Source: an uncultured Thermoprotei archaeon (GTDB taxonomy: Archaea > Thermoproteota > Thermoprotei > Thermofilales > B15-G2). From it: a stretch of DNA of 64,000 nucleotides. Below, piece by piece: positions 16,381 to 27,318 of this stretch (positions within the stretch are counted from its first letter, which is position 1; every line of letters begins with the position of its first letter). The stretch covers positions 2,361-66,360 of the forward strand of contig CBDUKN010000011.1 in NCBI GenBank assembly GCA_965367815.1, read 5' to 3'. The translations under genes and the position numbers were made by a program. The notes under the pieces are model-generated. The model was not told the origin of the DNA. It saw nothing but the letters and a program-made list of their open reading frames with translations, and searched no databases.

Positions 16381-17715
16381 TTAACTGTATTTCTTTAATA
16401 TGTCGGCTATTATTTCTAAACCTTTTTCAAGAAGATCTTCAGGAATGCTTAGAGGGGGGGCTAGTCTTAATGTAGATACTCCAGCTCCTATTACTAAGAC
16501 TCCTTTCTTAAAGCACTCTGTTAGTATTTCTTGAAGTTCTTTTTTAGCTGGTTCTTTGGTTTCGCGGTTCTTTACGAGTTCTACGCCTATCATTAAGCCT
16601 TTTCCTCTGACATCGCCTATTATTTTACACTCTTCTTTTAGGTCGTTGAAGAATTTCAGTGTTTTTTCTCCTAACTTTTCTGCACGAGCCAAGAGGTTCT
16701 CTTCTTCTATAACCTCTATTACGGCGTTCGCTGTTGCACATGCTACAGGATTTCCTCCGAAAGTTGTCGCGTGAGAGCCTTTAGGAAGCGACATTACTTC
16801 TTTCTTTCCTATTATTGCTCCTAGAGGGAGGCCTGAGGCTATTGCTTTGGCTACACATATTATGTCAGGTACTATATTCCAGTGTTCTATGGCGAACCAT
16901 TTTCCTGTTCGGCACATGCCGGCCTGTACTTCGTCGTCTATCATTAAAATTCCGTATTTGTCACAGAGTTTTTTTATTCTCTTCCAGTACTCTGGTGGCG
17001 GGACTATGTATCCTCCTTCTCCTAAAATAGGTTCAAAGACTATTGCCGCTATTTCTTCAGGGGAAATGTACTTATTGAAATACCACTCTTCTATGAAGTC
17101 TACGCACCAGTAGTTGCAGTCGGGAAAAGTTTGCTTCCACGGGCATCTATAGCAGTAGGGGTATGGAATATGCTCAACGCACGGAATTAACGGAGAGAAG
17201 TATTTCCTTTGAACAGGTTTGCTTGAAGTAAGTGACAGCGCGCCTAAAGTTCTTCCGTGGAAAGAGCCTATGTAGGCTAGAATATAGGGGCGTGCGCCTT
17301 TAAAGTATCCTCTAGCTATTTTTAGGGCTCCTTCAATGCTTTCTGCTCCGCTGTTACAGAAAAATACCTTTTTATCGAAAGTGCCGGGTGTTATTTTGAC
17401 TAACTTTTTAGCTAGTTTTACTGGTTCTTCATAGTAGAAGTCTGTTAGGCTGTAATGGAGAAGCTTTTCGGCCTGTCTTTTTATTGCTTCGACTACTTTA
17501 GGGTGACAGTGACCTATGCTCATTACTGCGATTCCTGAGTTGAAGTCTATATACTCATTTCCATCGACGTCCTTTATGACAGCTCCCTTAGCTTCTGCTA
17601 CAACTAGGGGATAGTATCTAACGAATGACTGCATGAGATATTTTTCGTCTTCTTTAATGATCTCCAAGGCTTTTGGTCCAGGGGGCTCGACTTTAATTAG
17701 AGGAAGATTTTTCAC
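16381..17715 (-). CDS. Class III PLP aminotransferase (acetylornithine/4-aminobutyrate type)
   Basis: SFHGRT, FEPILGEGG, DEVQAG, AKAIASG, TTFGGNP. Confidence 0.93.
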   Translation of the reverse strand: MKNLPLIKVEPPGPKALEIIKEDEKYLMQSFVRYYPLVVAEAKGAVIKDVDGNEYIDFNSGIAVMSIGHCHPKVVEAIKRQAEKLLHYSLTDFYYEEPVKLAKKLVKITPGTFDKKVFFCNSGAESIEGALKIARGYFKGARPYILAYIGSFHGRTLGALSLTSSKPVQRKYFSPLIPCVEHIPYPYCYRCPWKQTFPDCNYWCVDFIEEWYFNKYISPEEIAAIVFEPILGEGGYIVPPPEYWKRIKKLCDKYGILMIDDEVQAGMCRTGKWFAIEHWNIVPDIICVAKAIASGLPLGAIIGKKEVMSLPKGSHATTFGGNPVACATANAVIEVIEEENLLARAEKLGEKTLKFFNDLKEECKIIGDVRGKGLMIGVELVKNRETKEPAKKELQEILTECFKKGVLVIGAGVSTLRLAPPLSIPEDLLEKGLEIIADILKKYS

Positions 17716-17943
17716 ATGTATTTTCCGTTTTGATAGTTTTTAATGCTTGTGTAAAGATTGTTAAGTAGAAATTTTACATACAGCAGTCGATATTTAAATA
17801 AATGAAAGAGAAGCGCCAGGTCAATAGTAATTGTCATGAAAAAATTCTAGTTTGTTGAGAGATTAGAATGATTTTTTCTCTTTTTGAATTGTATTTGCTA
17901 GGATTAAAAAGCTTAATTTACTTAAGTTGAGTAATATATCATT

Positions 17944-18516
17944 GTGGTGTTTTATAAAGAAGTTCGATGGCATGGAAGAGGAGGACAAGGTGCTGTTACT
18001 TCAGCAGAGCTCCTGGCTTCAGCTGCCGTAAAAAACGGACTTTACGCTGTGTCAATACCATTTTTTGGGGCTGAAAGGAGAGGAGCACACGTATTTGCCT
18101 TTAATAGGATATCAGATAAGCCTATACTGCTAAAGTCTATGATAAAAACTCCAGATTATGTAATTGTCTTAGACTCGAAACTGTTGAAGTTAAAGGAACA
18201 TAGAGAAAAAGTGTTTGGGGGCTTGAAGGAAAATAGTATTCTTGTGGTTAATGCTACTGAAGAAGAGCTCAAGGGCCTGGAATGGAGTAAAGTAGCTTTT
18301 GTTGATGCTACGGGAATTGTCTTGAAGCATGGGTTAGTTTTAGCTGGAATACCGCTTACGAATACTGCTATGCTAGGAGCTTTTGCTAAGATTTTTGAGA
18401 AAATACCTCCGGAGAAATATGAGGAAAGTATTGAAGACAAGTGGGGTGGAAAAAAAGCTGAAATAAATATTGAGGTGTTTAGAGAAGGATACCGTAATGT
18501 GAGGTGGATGAGATGA
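17944..18516 (+). CDS. porC: Pyruvate/2-oxoacid:ferredoxin oxidoreductase gamma subunit
   Basis: RWHGRGGQGAVT, FGAERRGA, NTAMLGA. Confidence 0.92.
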   Translation: MVFYKEVRWHGRGGQGAVTSAELLASAAVKNGLYAVSIPFFGAERRGAHVFAFNRISDKPILLKSMIKTPDYVIVLDSKLLKLKEHREKVFGGLKENSILVVNATEEELKGLEWSKVAFVDATGIVLKHGLVLAGIPLTNTAMLGAFAKIFEKIPPEKYEESIEDKWGGKKAEINIEVFREGYRNVRWMR

Positions 18517-18788
18517 CTTCTAGGAGAAAAATTGAGCATGAGTTGTTAACTCCTATATCTCGGCCTAATGAGGGATCAGCTGGATTAACAGGATTTTGGA
18601 GAGTTTTTAAGCCGATTATTGATAAAAACAGATGTAAGAAATGTCTCTTGTGTTGGCTTTACTGTCCCGAGGCAGCCATAACTGTTGACGAGAAGGGGTA
18701 CCCTACTATAAACTACGATTATTGTAAAGGATGCGGTATATGTGCTAATGAATGTCCTGTTAAGGCTATAAGGATGGTAGAGGAGTGA
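18504..18788 (+). CDS. porD: Pyruvate/2-oxoacid:ferredoxin oxidoreductase delta subunit (2x[4Fe-4S])
   Basis: TGFWRVFKP, CKKCLLCWLYCP, YCKGCGICANECP. Confidence 0.93.
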   Translation: MDEMTSRRKIEHELLTPISRPNEGSAGLTGFWRVFKPIIDKNRCKKCLLCWLYCPEAAITVDEKGYPTINYDYCKGCGICANECPVKAIRMVEE

Positions 18789-18792
18789 GAGT

Positions 18793-20001
18793 ATGAAAAT
18801 GGTTTTAACTGGAAATTATGCGGCAGCTTATGCTGCTAAAGCAGCTCGAGTAGAAGTAGTTTCAGCGTATCCGATAACACCGCAGACGCAAGTTGTAGAA
18901 AAACTTTCTGAGTTCATTGAAAAAGGAGAAATGAAAGCGAAGTTTATTAGAGTTGAATCAGAGCACAGCGCCATGGCCGCCTGTATTGGAGCAGCTATGG
19001 CCGGAGCTAGAGTATTTACAGCGACGTCAGCTCACGGCCTTATCTATATGAGCGAAATGCTCTGGTGGGCTGCAGGAGCGCGCTTACCTATAGTCATGGG
19101 AGTAGTTACGCGAGCAATGGCTCCGCCGTGGAGCATATGGTCCGATCACTGCGATATGCTTTCTTTGAGAGATATAGGATGGATAATTTTCTTCTGTGAA
19201 AATGCTCAAGAAGTCTTTGACTCTATAATTCAGGCCTATAGAGTTGCTGAAGACGAAAGAGTTCTCTTACCGGTAATGGTCAGCTGGGATGCTTTCCAGA
19301 CATCTCATACAGCAGAGCCTGTAAACGTGCTGACTGAAAAAGATATTGCAGAGTATCTTCCAGACAGAAGACCCATTCCCTATGTCATAAATTTCGATAA
19401 ACCGTTTACTCATGGAAGTCTATGTTATCCAGACAAGTATATGGAGTTCAGATATCTCATAGACTACTCTATGTCTAAGGCAAAAGAAGTTATTAAAGAA
19501 GCTGATGAAGAGTACGGTAAACTATTTGGAAGAAAGTACGGAGGACTCTTCGAGGAATATAGGTGTAGTGATGCCGAAGCAGTAATAGTGACTATGGGTG
19601 CGATCTCAGGCGATGCGAAGTACGCTGTAGACCTGCTTAGAGAAAAGGGATATCGAGTAGGCTTACTCCGCTTGAGAGTTATCAGACCGTTTCCAGCAAG
19701 CGAGCTCAAAGAGAAGTTAAGTTCAAGAAAAATTGTATGTGTTATTGACCGAAATATTTCGCTAGGCAGAGGAGGAGTTATGGGAGTTGAAATAAAAGCA
19801 CTTCTAAGAGATGTTCCTGTAGTTGATATTGTTGCTGGAATAGGGGGAAGAGATATAAGCTATGTAGATATTATTAAAATGTTTGAAAAAGCATTGAAAA
19901 TAGTTGAAAGCGGGGAGATCCCTGAGTATCTTTGGTATGGTGTAAATGTGGAGTATATTAAGAAAGCTGTAGGTGAGTACTATGAGTCACCCTCTATTTA
20001 A
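18793..20001 (+). CDS. porA: Pyruvate/2-oxoacid:ferredoxin oxidoreductase alpha subunit
   Basis: AYPITPQT, ESEHSA, FTATSAHG. Confidence 0.93.
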   Translation: MKMVLTGNYAAAYAAKAARVEVVSAYPITPQTQVVEKLSEFIEKGEMKAKFIRVESEHSAMAACIGAAMAGARVFTATSAHGLIYMSEMLWWAAGARLPIVMGVVTRAMAPPWSIWSDHCDMLSLRDIGWIIFFCENAQEVFDSIIQAYRVAEDERVLLPVMVSWDAFQTSHTAEPVNVLTEKDIAEYLPDRRPIPYVINFDKPFTHGSLCYPDKYMEFRYLIDYSMSKAKEVIKEADEEYGKLFGRKYGGLFEEYRCSDAEAVIVTMGAISGDAKYAVDLLREKGYRVGLLRLRVIRPFPASELKEKLSSRKIVCVIDRNISLGRGGVMGVEIKALLRDVPVVDIVAGIGGRDISYVDIIKMFEKALKIVESGEIPEYLWYGVNVEYIKKAVGEYYESPSI

Positions 20002-20884
20002 GACTGTTCCTAAGGAAGAGTACTTCTTGCCGGGAACTCCGGCCTGCCCCGGATGTCCGGCAGCTCTTGGACTAAGACTACTACTTAAGGCACTAGGGCC
20101 TAGAACAGTCTTGGTTATTCCGGCATCATGTTCAAGCATAATTCAAGGAGCTTACCCGAAGACTGCCATAAAGGTTCCTTTGATAAACATAGCCTTTGCC
20201 GCGTCAGCGGCCACTGCGTCGGGAATAGCTGAGGCTTTGGAGCTCAAGGGAGTAAAAGATGTAAATATTGTGGTCTGGGCCGGGGACGGAGGAACAGCAG
20301 ATATAGGTTTGCAAGGGTTATCAGGTGCAGCTGAGAGAGGACATAACATTATCTATGTATGTTACGATAATGAGGCCTACATGAATACAGGAATACAGAG
20401 GTCAGGAGCTACACCATACATGGCCTGGACAACAACTACACCTACAGGAAAACGTGAGAAGAAGAAAGATGTACCTCTTATAGTAGCTATGCATAAAATA
20501 CCTTATGTTGCTACGGCTTCTCTGGCGTATCCTCACGACTATATTATGAAGCTGAGAAAGGCGGCCAGAAAGAAAGGATTTAAGTATATTCATCTGCTAG
20601 CTCCCTGCCCTCCTGGATGGAGATTTGATTCCAGTAAAACAATAGAAATCAGTAGACTGGCAGTTGAGACAGGAATGTGGATTTTATATGAAATTGAAGA
20701 TGGGGAGTTCCGGCTAACCGGGCCAAGCAAAGCGCTCATCGATAAAAGCAAAAGAAAGCCAGTAGAACTTTACATCAGAGCGCAGGGAAGGTTCTCGCAT
20801 CTGACTCAAGAAGATATAGCTGAGCTCCAGAAGGTAGTTGATGAAGAGTGGGAGTGGTTAAAGCGCTGGTTTGAAGCTAAATGA
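19973..20884 (+). CDS. porB: Pyruvate/2-oxoacid:ferredoxin oxidoreductase beta subunit (TPP-binding)
   Basis: ACPGC, AGDGGTADIG, DNEAYMNTGIQRS, PCPPGW. Confidence 0.93.
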   Translation: MSTMSHPLFKTVPKEEYFLPGTPACPGCPAALGLRLLLKALGPRTVLVIPASCSSIIQGAYPKTAIKVPLINIAFAASAATASGIAEALELKGVKDVNIVVWAGDGGTADIGLQGLSGAAERGHNIIYVCYDNEAYMNTGIQRSGATPYMAWTTTTPTGKREKKKDVPLIVAMHKIPYVATASLAYPHDYIMKLRKAARKKGFKYIHLLAPCPPGWRFDSSKTIEISRLAVETGMWILYEIEDGEFRLTGPSKALIDKSKRKPVELYIRAQGRFSHLTQEDIAELQKVVDEEWEWLKRWFEAK

Positions 20885-22550
20885 GAGCTAGAACAAAGAG
20901 TGTAAACAGTAAAAGTATAGTTATTTTTACGGCCCGTGCTGTATAAGAAGAAACTTCATATACTTTCTCTCCGAGCACTCTACATTCTTTAGAAAAAACA
21001 CTTAGTTTCGCTTTGACACGAGTAATATTACCTAAAGCGTCTTCTACAGCTTTTTCTGTTAAACTAATTATAGTATTCAGATCTGTTTTTTCTCCAAGAG
21101 GACTGTAGCCTCTACCCTTTATGTGTCCAGTATATCTATGTGTGTCTGTTGAGCATATTATAACCTTACTAAAGCCGTATTTTTCCCGTAGATGCTCTTG
21201 CAGCTTTTTTCGAACTGAAAGTACAATATTGTTTGAATCGTAAACTACTATTAGTATTTTCTCGGTTCCATAGTCTAGTACTAATGCGCTAAGGCCTCCT
21301 TCGCATATCTCTCCTTTAGTTAAATAAAATATTTCAGGAGACCTTATTGAAGATGATCCGACAGAGAGAGTCTCGCTCGGTTTAAGTCTTTCTTCAAGTA
21401 CACGAGTCAATGCTTTGAGCAGAACAGAATTAATATCTTGGGAACTTGTCTTTTCACTAAATGAGCTGTGGCAGTCTATGAGCAGAGCTTTTTCAGAGAG
21501 ACTTGATTGCAGTGAATGAGGAATATCGTCAATTAATCCGCTGTTATCTTCTACAAAGACAATGTTTTTACTGAAATTCTTTTTCTGCGAAGAATCTATA
21601 ATAGATGTATAGTAAAGCACTATACCATTGTTTGATAGTGAAGCAAAGTGACTTAACAGTATCTCGGTACTTGATTCTGAAAGTAAATGCTCTGAAAGAT
21701 TTTTGGCCATTTCTTCGGCTTCTCTCCTAGAGACTAGATCCAATGTGTGGTCGCATGCTCCGTGTAAAACTATTACCGGACAGGAAAGCTTACTGGATAT
21801 ACTGTCGATCAGCAAGTATGGCAGTGAACTACTTCCAATGTTCCTAAAAGGCCCTGGATGTACATATGGGATTGTAATGACGCACTTTACCTTATTTTCA
21901 TTTGATGTAAAGATTATGTTATATATTATTATTTCTGATAATTTACTTAATTTTAATAATTCTTGTTCAAATACTTCTGAATTTCCTGTAAGCCAGTAAT
22001 TGAAAAATTTCTTTCCTAATTTAAAAAGCTGTGCATTTGACTTAAGCAAACAATATGCAGCAGACACAACTACGGCTAGAACAAAGCATCGAAAAGCTAT
22101 GGTATGAGCGTAGCTTGTGCCATAAGGTAAGCTAGAAAGAAATGCATTTAGCATAAAAGCTAATATAATGTATATAAATGAAAGAATGACATTGTATAAT
22201 CCTATACTTATGATTATAAATGGTATTACATATGATATTATCATTGAGTAAATGCTTATTTTTGAGAAAAATAAATATTCAATTAATGTAGCTAATAGAG
22301 AAAAGATAGAAGCAAATATGCCTAATCCCAGCAATCTACGTTTATTAAATATTTTCGTCTTTGATAGATTATCTATAATTTTATGTAGAATATCGTATAG
22401 GAGAAGAAATAGCGGTATAAATGAATTAAAAATGTAAATAAGTATTATTAAAGGAATAGGGCGTATGATTAAAAGGATTTTCCAGTTTGGAAGAGAAAAT
22501 AAGTATTTCTTATAGTATTGAACTAGTAGGTCGAGTTTTTCTCGCTGCAT
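20877..22550 (-). CDS. DUF2070 family membrane protein
   Basis: Multi-TM N-terminus; VHPGPFRNIGSS, LHGACDHTLD, DCHS, STDTH. Confidence 0.8.
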   Translation of the reverse strand: MQREKLDLLVQYYKKYLFSLPNWKILLIIRPIPLIILIYIFNSFIPLFLLLYDILHKIIDNLSKTKIFNKRRLLGLGIFASIFSLLATLIEYLFFSKISIYSMIISYVIPFIIISIGLYNVILSFIYIILAFMLNAFLSSLPYGTSYAHTIAFRCFVLAVVVSAAYCLLKSNAQLFKLGKKFFNYWLTGNSEVFEQELLKLSKLSEIIIYNIIFTSNENKVKCVITIPYVHPGPFRNIGSSSLPYLLIDSISSKLSCPVIVLHGACDHTLDLVSRREAEEMAKNLSEHLLSESSTEILLSHFASLSNNGIVLYYTSIIDSSQKKNFSKNIVFVEDNSGLIDDIPHSLQSSLSEKALLIDCHSSFSEKTSSQDINSVLLKALTRVLEERLKPSETLSVGSSSIRSPEIFYLTKGEICEGGLSALVLDYGTEKILIVVYDSNNIVLSVRKKLQEHLREKYGFSKVIICSTDTHRYTGHIKGRGYSPLGEKTDLNTIISLTEKAVEDALGNITRVKAKLSVFSKECRVLGEKVYEVSSYTARAVKITILLLFTLFVLALI

Positions 22551-22562
22551 ATTGCTGTGCTA

Positions 22563-23711
22563 TTATTTGCTTCGTTTCTTCGGCTTTTTAGGTTCTTCTG
22601 CTTCGAGGGCTCTAACCCCTATTTTCATTAGTTTTTTCATAACGCTGTCTACGAATCTTATATTAGAGCCTCTTAGACCTATGAATGCTCCAAATGCTCT
22701 CTGGCGAACAAGTACTTGTAGCTCTGAGCCAGCAAAATCTGCGTCTACTATGTGTTTACCTATCCATGGTACTGGGTGAATTGCCGTTATAAGATTTCTT
22801 AGATCTAAAGTTAGCTCGATACACCTTATTTTGAGTCCTACGTCTTCTTCTACTGCTTGAATTCTTTCGCCTCCTTTTCCAACAACTCTTCCGAGGTATT
22901 CCTCTTTTACTACAACAAGTGCTTCTGGAACGTTTTCTGCCTTTATTTCGAATTTTTCTTTTTCTTCCTTAAATTCTACTACTGTTATTACATCTGCGTC
23001 GGGTGCGTGAACTTTAATAGAGTCTAAGATTTTTCTTTCTGAGTCGCTTAGTGGTCTTTTTCTCATTCTCATCTCCAATGCTAGGCGTACACCTTTTCTG
23101 GCGCCGGGCCTTACGATGTCCTTGAGACCTAAGTCTATGACTATGGCTTTTTCTTCACCTAGAAGCAGTTCTCTTGAGAGTGTTGCTGAGTCTTTTTCTA
23201 TTGAGGGGTCTTTTTGAAGAATAGGATCTCCGGCAATGATTAGTTTAGAATTTCTGCCAATACGCATTATTATTTCACAGACTACTTCCGGTACTACAGA
23301 TTGTACGTCGTCGAGCAGTATTATGGTATTATCAAACGTTCTTCCTCTCAGGAAGTGGGGGTCTACTATTACGATTTTTCCGTTTTCTTTAAGTTTGTTT
23401 AATTCCTCGTCAGAGATCCATCCTGTTAGTATGTCTCTTAAGTACTCTCCTGCCATAGAGTAGAAGAGGTCTCCCAGTTCTACTGAAGTGTATTCTTTTC
23501 CTGTAGTTATATCTACTACTGGTCTAGCTATGACGAATCGCTCGTACTCGTTGTTCATTATTGCTGAAATTCCGTAAGCACAGCTTAGTAAGCTTTTTCC
23601 TGTTCCTGTGGGACCAAATACTCCGACAATATCACAGTCTTTACTCTTCAGTGCATTGAGTAGTTTTTCTTGACCTGGAGTGAGAGGTTTAATTTTATCT
23701 AATATGGACAT
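22563..23711 (-). CDS. PhoH family ATPase with C-terminal KH domain
   Basis: GPTGTGKS, LRGRTF, IIAGDP, VVGKGGERI GxxG KH loop. Confidence 0.9.
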   Translation of the reverse strand: MSILDKIKPLTPGQEKLLNALKSKDCDIVGVFGPTGTGKSLLSCAYGISAIMNNEYERFVIARPVVDITTGKEYTSVELGDLFYSMAGEYLRDILTGWISDEELNKLKENGKIVIVDPHFLRGRTFDNTIILLDDVQSVVPEVVCEIIMRIGRNSKLIIAGDPILQKDPSIEKDSATLSRELLLGEEKAIVIDLGLKDIVRPGARKGVRLALEMRMRKRPLSDSERKILDSIKVHAPDADVITVVEFKEEKEKFEIKAENVPEALVVVKEEYLGRVVGKGGERIQAVEEDVGLKIRCIELTLDLRNLITAIHPVPWIGKHIVDADFAGSELQVLVRQRAFGAFIGLRGSNIRFVDSVMKKLMKIGVRALEAEEPKKPKKRSK

Positions 23712-23857
23712 AAGTCCCCTACATTTGCTTTAGTAAGATGTACAAAAAGTTTTCTTCGAAAAAATACGCTGGAAGACATGGTATTCTATTTACGCGGAAA
23801 AGTCTGAGGTTTCGTAGTAAATTTTAATAATCTAAGGAAGGTCGAATAGAGTGGTCG

Positions 23858-24982
23858 ATGAAAAGGAGCCACTCAATTGCAATTATTGTATCTTTATTGT
23901 TCGTGGCTTTACTTAACGTAGATACTATTTTAAGCCTAATTACAGTGAGAAAGTATTGTTTAATAACTGAATGTGTTATAGAAAATATATCTAATAGAGA
24001 TTTATTCATAACACCTTCAAATATCTTGAATTTCTATTTAATTCCTACAATCGAAGGATGGCAGAAGGTAGAGAAAATTAAGGTAGTAGTTAATGGTAAA
24101 GCTTTACAAAAATATAGTATAAAAGAGGTCGATGGAAACAAGATAATAGAGGTTCCGCTTTTTCGACTTAAGCCTGGAGAAAAACTTAATGTGACTGTTT
24201 TTCAGGAAGTTACTGCATATAGGTTTGTTTTTCCCGGATTTAAGAGAGAAGTCCGCGGACTAAGCAATGGCTTTCAGTATCCTCTTCCTTCGAGTAAATT
24301 TACTAAACTAAATAATTTCTACAAAAAAGGTAACTTTAGTAAAGTAGTTCAGTTAATAGAGAAAGTATATGGTGATGATAAAGAGATTTTATTACATTGC
24401 ATTGAATTAATTTTAAATAAAATCAAGTATTCTAATTCCTCATACGGTATTACTCCTCCAGCAGCAACCCTAGAAAGAGGTTATGGAAGCTGCGGAGATA
24501 TCTCAGCTCTACTTGTAGCTATGCTTAGAGCAAAACATATCCCTGCATATATTTGTTTTAGCTATGTTTATGAAGAAGGTCTAAAGGTGTCGGAGAGAAC
24601 TCCTGTTCTGTCTGTCGAATATAGAAACTTAGGACCACACGCATTCGTTATGGTCTATTTAGACTCTGTTGGATGGGTTCCTGTAGACATAGTGATCCAT
24701 GCAGGTAATAGGCCTCAGGATTGTGTAGAAAGTGCTGGAATAAATATTAATGAGCGGCTAATAGTCTATGGGAGAGCCATAGAAATGGATCCAAATATAT
24801 TCCTAATTATTGCACCCGAAGACGGTACAAAGGTAAGTGTCACGTATGAAGGAGTACCTATGCCTATTGAAATAGACTACACAAAGATATTTTACTCTCT
24901 AATGATGGGAGTTTTAATCGGTTATATAGTGTACTTAGTCTTAGAGTCAGAAAGTAGTTATAAGAGCTTTTTAGAAAAATAA
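23858..24982 (+). CDS. Membrane-anchored transglutaminase-like domain protein
   Basis: N-terminal signal/TM, GSCGDIS, HAFV, GWVPVD (Cys-His-Asp triad), C-terminal TM. Confidence 0.85.
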   Translation: MKRSHSIAIIVSLLFVALLNVDTILSLITVRKYCLITECVIENISNRDLFITPSNILNFYLIPTIEGWQKVEKIKVVVNGKALQKYSIKEVDGNKIIEVPLFRLKPGEKLNVTVFQEVTAYRFVFPGFKREVRGLSNGFQYPLPSSKFTKLNNFYKKGNFSKVVQLIEKVYGDDKEILLHCIELILNKIKYSNSSYGITPPAATLERGYGSCGDISALLVAMLRAKHIPAYICFSYVYEEGLKVSERTPVLSVEYRNLGPHAFVMVYLDSVGWVPVDIVIHAGNRPQDCVESAGININERLIVYGRAIEMDPNIFLIIAPEDGTKVSVTYEGVPMPIEIDYTKIFYSLMMGVLIGYIVYLVLESESSYKSFLEK

Positions 24983-25020
24983 GGAAGCTATTTATCAGTG
25001 AAAAGAGGAAAAGAACCACT

Positions 25021-25233
25021 ATGAAATTTGAAGTGCATGTAATAGCGGATAGATGTAAGGAATGTGGAATATGTATAGAGGTTTGTCCGCGTCAAGTGCT
25101 AAAGATGGGCAATGAAATAAATAGGTATGGCTACAGATATCCTATAGTTGTTGCTGAGGATAGATGTATAGGTTGTAGGAACTGTGAATATCACTGTCCA
25201 GATTTCGCTATTTTTGTAAAGAAGGTAGAGTGA
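25021..25233 (+). CDS. korD: 2x[4Fe-4S] ferredoxin, 2-oxoacid oxidoreductase delta subunit
   Basis: CKECGICIEVCP, CIGCRNCEYHCPDFAI. Confidence 0.9.
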   Translation: MKFEVHVIADRCKECGICIEVCPRQVLKMGNEINRYGYRYPIVVAEDRCIGCRNCEYHCPDFAIFVKKVE

Positions 25234-25342
25234 AAACATAGTATTGGTAAAAGAAACCTTAATGTAAGTAAAAATAAAGCAAAGAAGTAGTCAAGGCTAG
25301 ATTTAAAACCTTTGAATAAGGTATAAAGACAGTCTTAGGCGA

Positions 25343-26506
25343 ATGGAGGATATTATGTCAGGGCGCGTTGAGTTTGTACATGGAGACTATGCCTGCGCAA
25401 TGGCAGCAATTGATGCAGGGTGCCGTTTTTTCGCTAGCTACCCAATAACACCTAGTACAGAAATAGCTGAATATATGGCTAGAGAGCTCCCTAAAGTAGG
25501 TGGAGTTTTCATACAGTTTGAAGACGAACTAGGATCTATTATGGCTATAATAGGAGCGTCCTGGGCGGGCCTTAAAGCTATGACAGCTACATCGGGGCCC
25601 GGCATATGTCTTATGGCTGAAGCTATAGGCTTTGCAGCTATGACTGAAACTCCTTGTGTAATAGTTGATGTGCAGAGAGCTGGGCCCGCGACAGGTGCAG
25701 CTACAAGGCCATGGCAAGGGGATCTTCAGCAAGTAAAGTGGCTTAGTAGCGGAGACTATGAAATAATAGCGCTTTACCCCTGGAGTGTTCAGGAAACATA
25801 CTTCTTGACCATAGATGCTTTCAACTTGGCTGAAATGTATCGAGTGCCTGTTTTTTTTCTCTTAGATGCAGTTGTAGGTCATATGAGAGAAAAACTAGTT
25901 ATTCCTCCAAAAGATCAGATAAAAATAGTTAATAGAAAAAAGCCTAGCGGAGTTCCTGACGAAGAATCAAGGAAAAGGTTTAAGCCTTATGAGCCTGATC
26001 CAGAAACTCTTGTTCCGCCTATGGCCTGCTTTGGCGAAGGATGGAGAACTCGGTGCGAAACTAGTGCTCATGATGAGTGGGGACTGCCGGCAGACAACAA
26101 GTCTGATGTTCACGGCGCGCTTGTAAAGAGACTTTGCGATAAAATAAGGAAGAATAGAGATAAGATTGTAAAATGGGATATAGCGTTTTGTGAAGGAAGC
26201 TTAGACTATTTAATTGTTTCTGAAGGATTTATGGCAAGAATATGCAAGGCGGCAGTTCTAGAACTCAGAGAGAAGGGCCTCAAAATAGGTCTTTTTAGAC
26301 CAATAACAATATGGCCGTTTCCAGATAAAGAACTGAGAGAAGTAGCTAGCAAGGTTTCGAAGAAAATATTCGTGATTGAAATGAATTATGGACAAGTTTA
26401 CAAAGAGGTCACTAGATTTTCTGAAAATGTCGAATTAATACCGTGGTTATCTTATGAACCCCCTACCCCTCGAGATATTATCAATCTTATAAGGGAGAGA
26501 ATATGA
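25343..26506 (+). CDS. korA: 2-oxoacid:ferredoxin oxidoreductase alpha subunit (KorA/VorA type)
   Basis: YPITPSTEIAE, EDELGS, ATSGPG, QRAGPATG. Confidence 0.9.
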   Translation: MEDIMSGRVEFVHGDYACAMAAIDAGCRFFASYPITPSTEIAEYMARELPKVGGVFIQFEDELGSIMAIIGASWAGLKAMTATSGPGICLMAEAIGFAAMTETPCVIVDVQRAGPATGAATRPWQGDLQQVKWLSSGDYEIIALYPWSVQETYFLTIDAFNLAEMYRVPVFFLLDAVVGHMREKLVIPPKDQIKIVNRKKPSGVPDEESRKRFKPYEPDPETLVPPMACFGEGWRTRCETSAHDEWGLPADNKSDVHGALVKRLCDKIRKNRDKIVKWDIAFCEGSLDYLIVSEGFMARICKAAVLELREKGLKIGLFRPITIWPFPDKELREVASKVSKKIFVIEMNYGQVYKEVTRFSENVELIPWLSYEPPTPRDIINLIRERI

Positions 26507-27318
26507 AACATCCTCTTGACGAGTATTTAAGAATAGAGGCATTTCCTACGATATGGTGTCCGGGCTGTGGAAATGGCATAGTGCTAGGGGCTATAGCTAG
26601 GGCTTTAAAGCGAGCTAAAGTAGACCCGGATAAAGTTGTGTTAGTTACAGGAATAGGGTGCGCTGGACGCATGGCTACGTATCTCTATACAGATAATGCA
26701 CATGTTCTGCATGGAAGAGCTATACCTTTTGCTACAGGTGTCAAATTAGCCAAGCCTGATCTTGAAGTAATTGTTGTAGGAGGAGACGGCGATATACTAG
26801 CGATAGGAGGGAATCACTTAATACATGCAGCGCGGAGAAACATGGATCTGTTAGTGATAATGGTTAATAACCAGATTTATGGAATGACTGGAGGACAAGT
26901 GGCCCCGACGTCGCCATTGGGTGCCTATACTACAACAACGCCCTATGGGAATATTATTGAGAGACCATTTAATGCGGTTAAACTTGTTGCCGCAGCCGGA
27001 GCAAATTATGTTGCTCGATGGACTGTAGCTCATCCCATACAGTTAACTCTTTCAATAAAGGAGTGTCTTAAGAAAAGAGGGTTCAGATTTATTGAAGTAG
27101 TATCTATCTGTCCAACGATCTATGGCAGACTAAATAAGCTTGGAGGTGCACCAAATATGATAAAGCTATTGAGAAAAATTTCTGTCGTTAAAAAAGTTCC
27201 TCCAGAAGAAGCTGAAATATCTGCTGATAAAATAGTGTGTGGAGTTTTTGTTAATAAAGATGAAGAGGGGTATATGGATAGATTAATAAAGTATAGAGAG
27301 AGGGCTCTGAGAACATGA
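26503..27318 (+). CDS. korB: 2-oxoacid:ferredoxin oxidoreductase beta subunit
   Basis: WCPGCG, GIGC, LHGRA, GGDGD, YGMTGGQ. Confidence 0.92.
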   Translation: MKHPLDEYLRIEAFPTIWCPGCGNGIVLGAIARALKRAKVDPDKVVLVTGIGCAGRMATYLYTDNAHVLHGRAIPFATGVKLAKPDLEVIVVGGDGDILAIGGNHLIHAARRNMDLLVIMVNNQIYGMTGGQVAPTSPLGAYTTTTPYGNIIERPFNAVKLVAAAGANYVARWTVAHPIQLTLSIKECLKKRGFRFIEVVSICPTIYGRLNKLGGAPNMIKLLRKISVVKKVPPEEAEISADKIVCGVFVNKDEEGYMDRLIKYRERALRT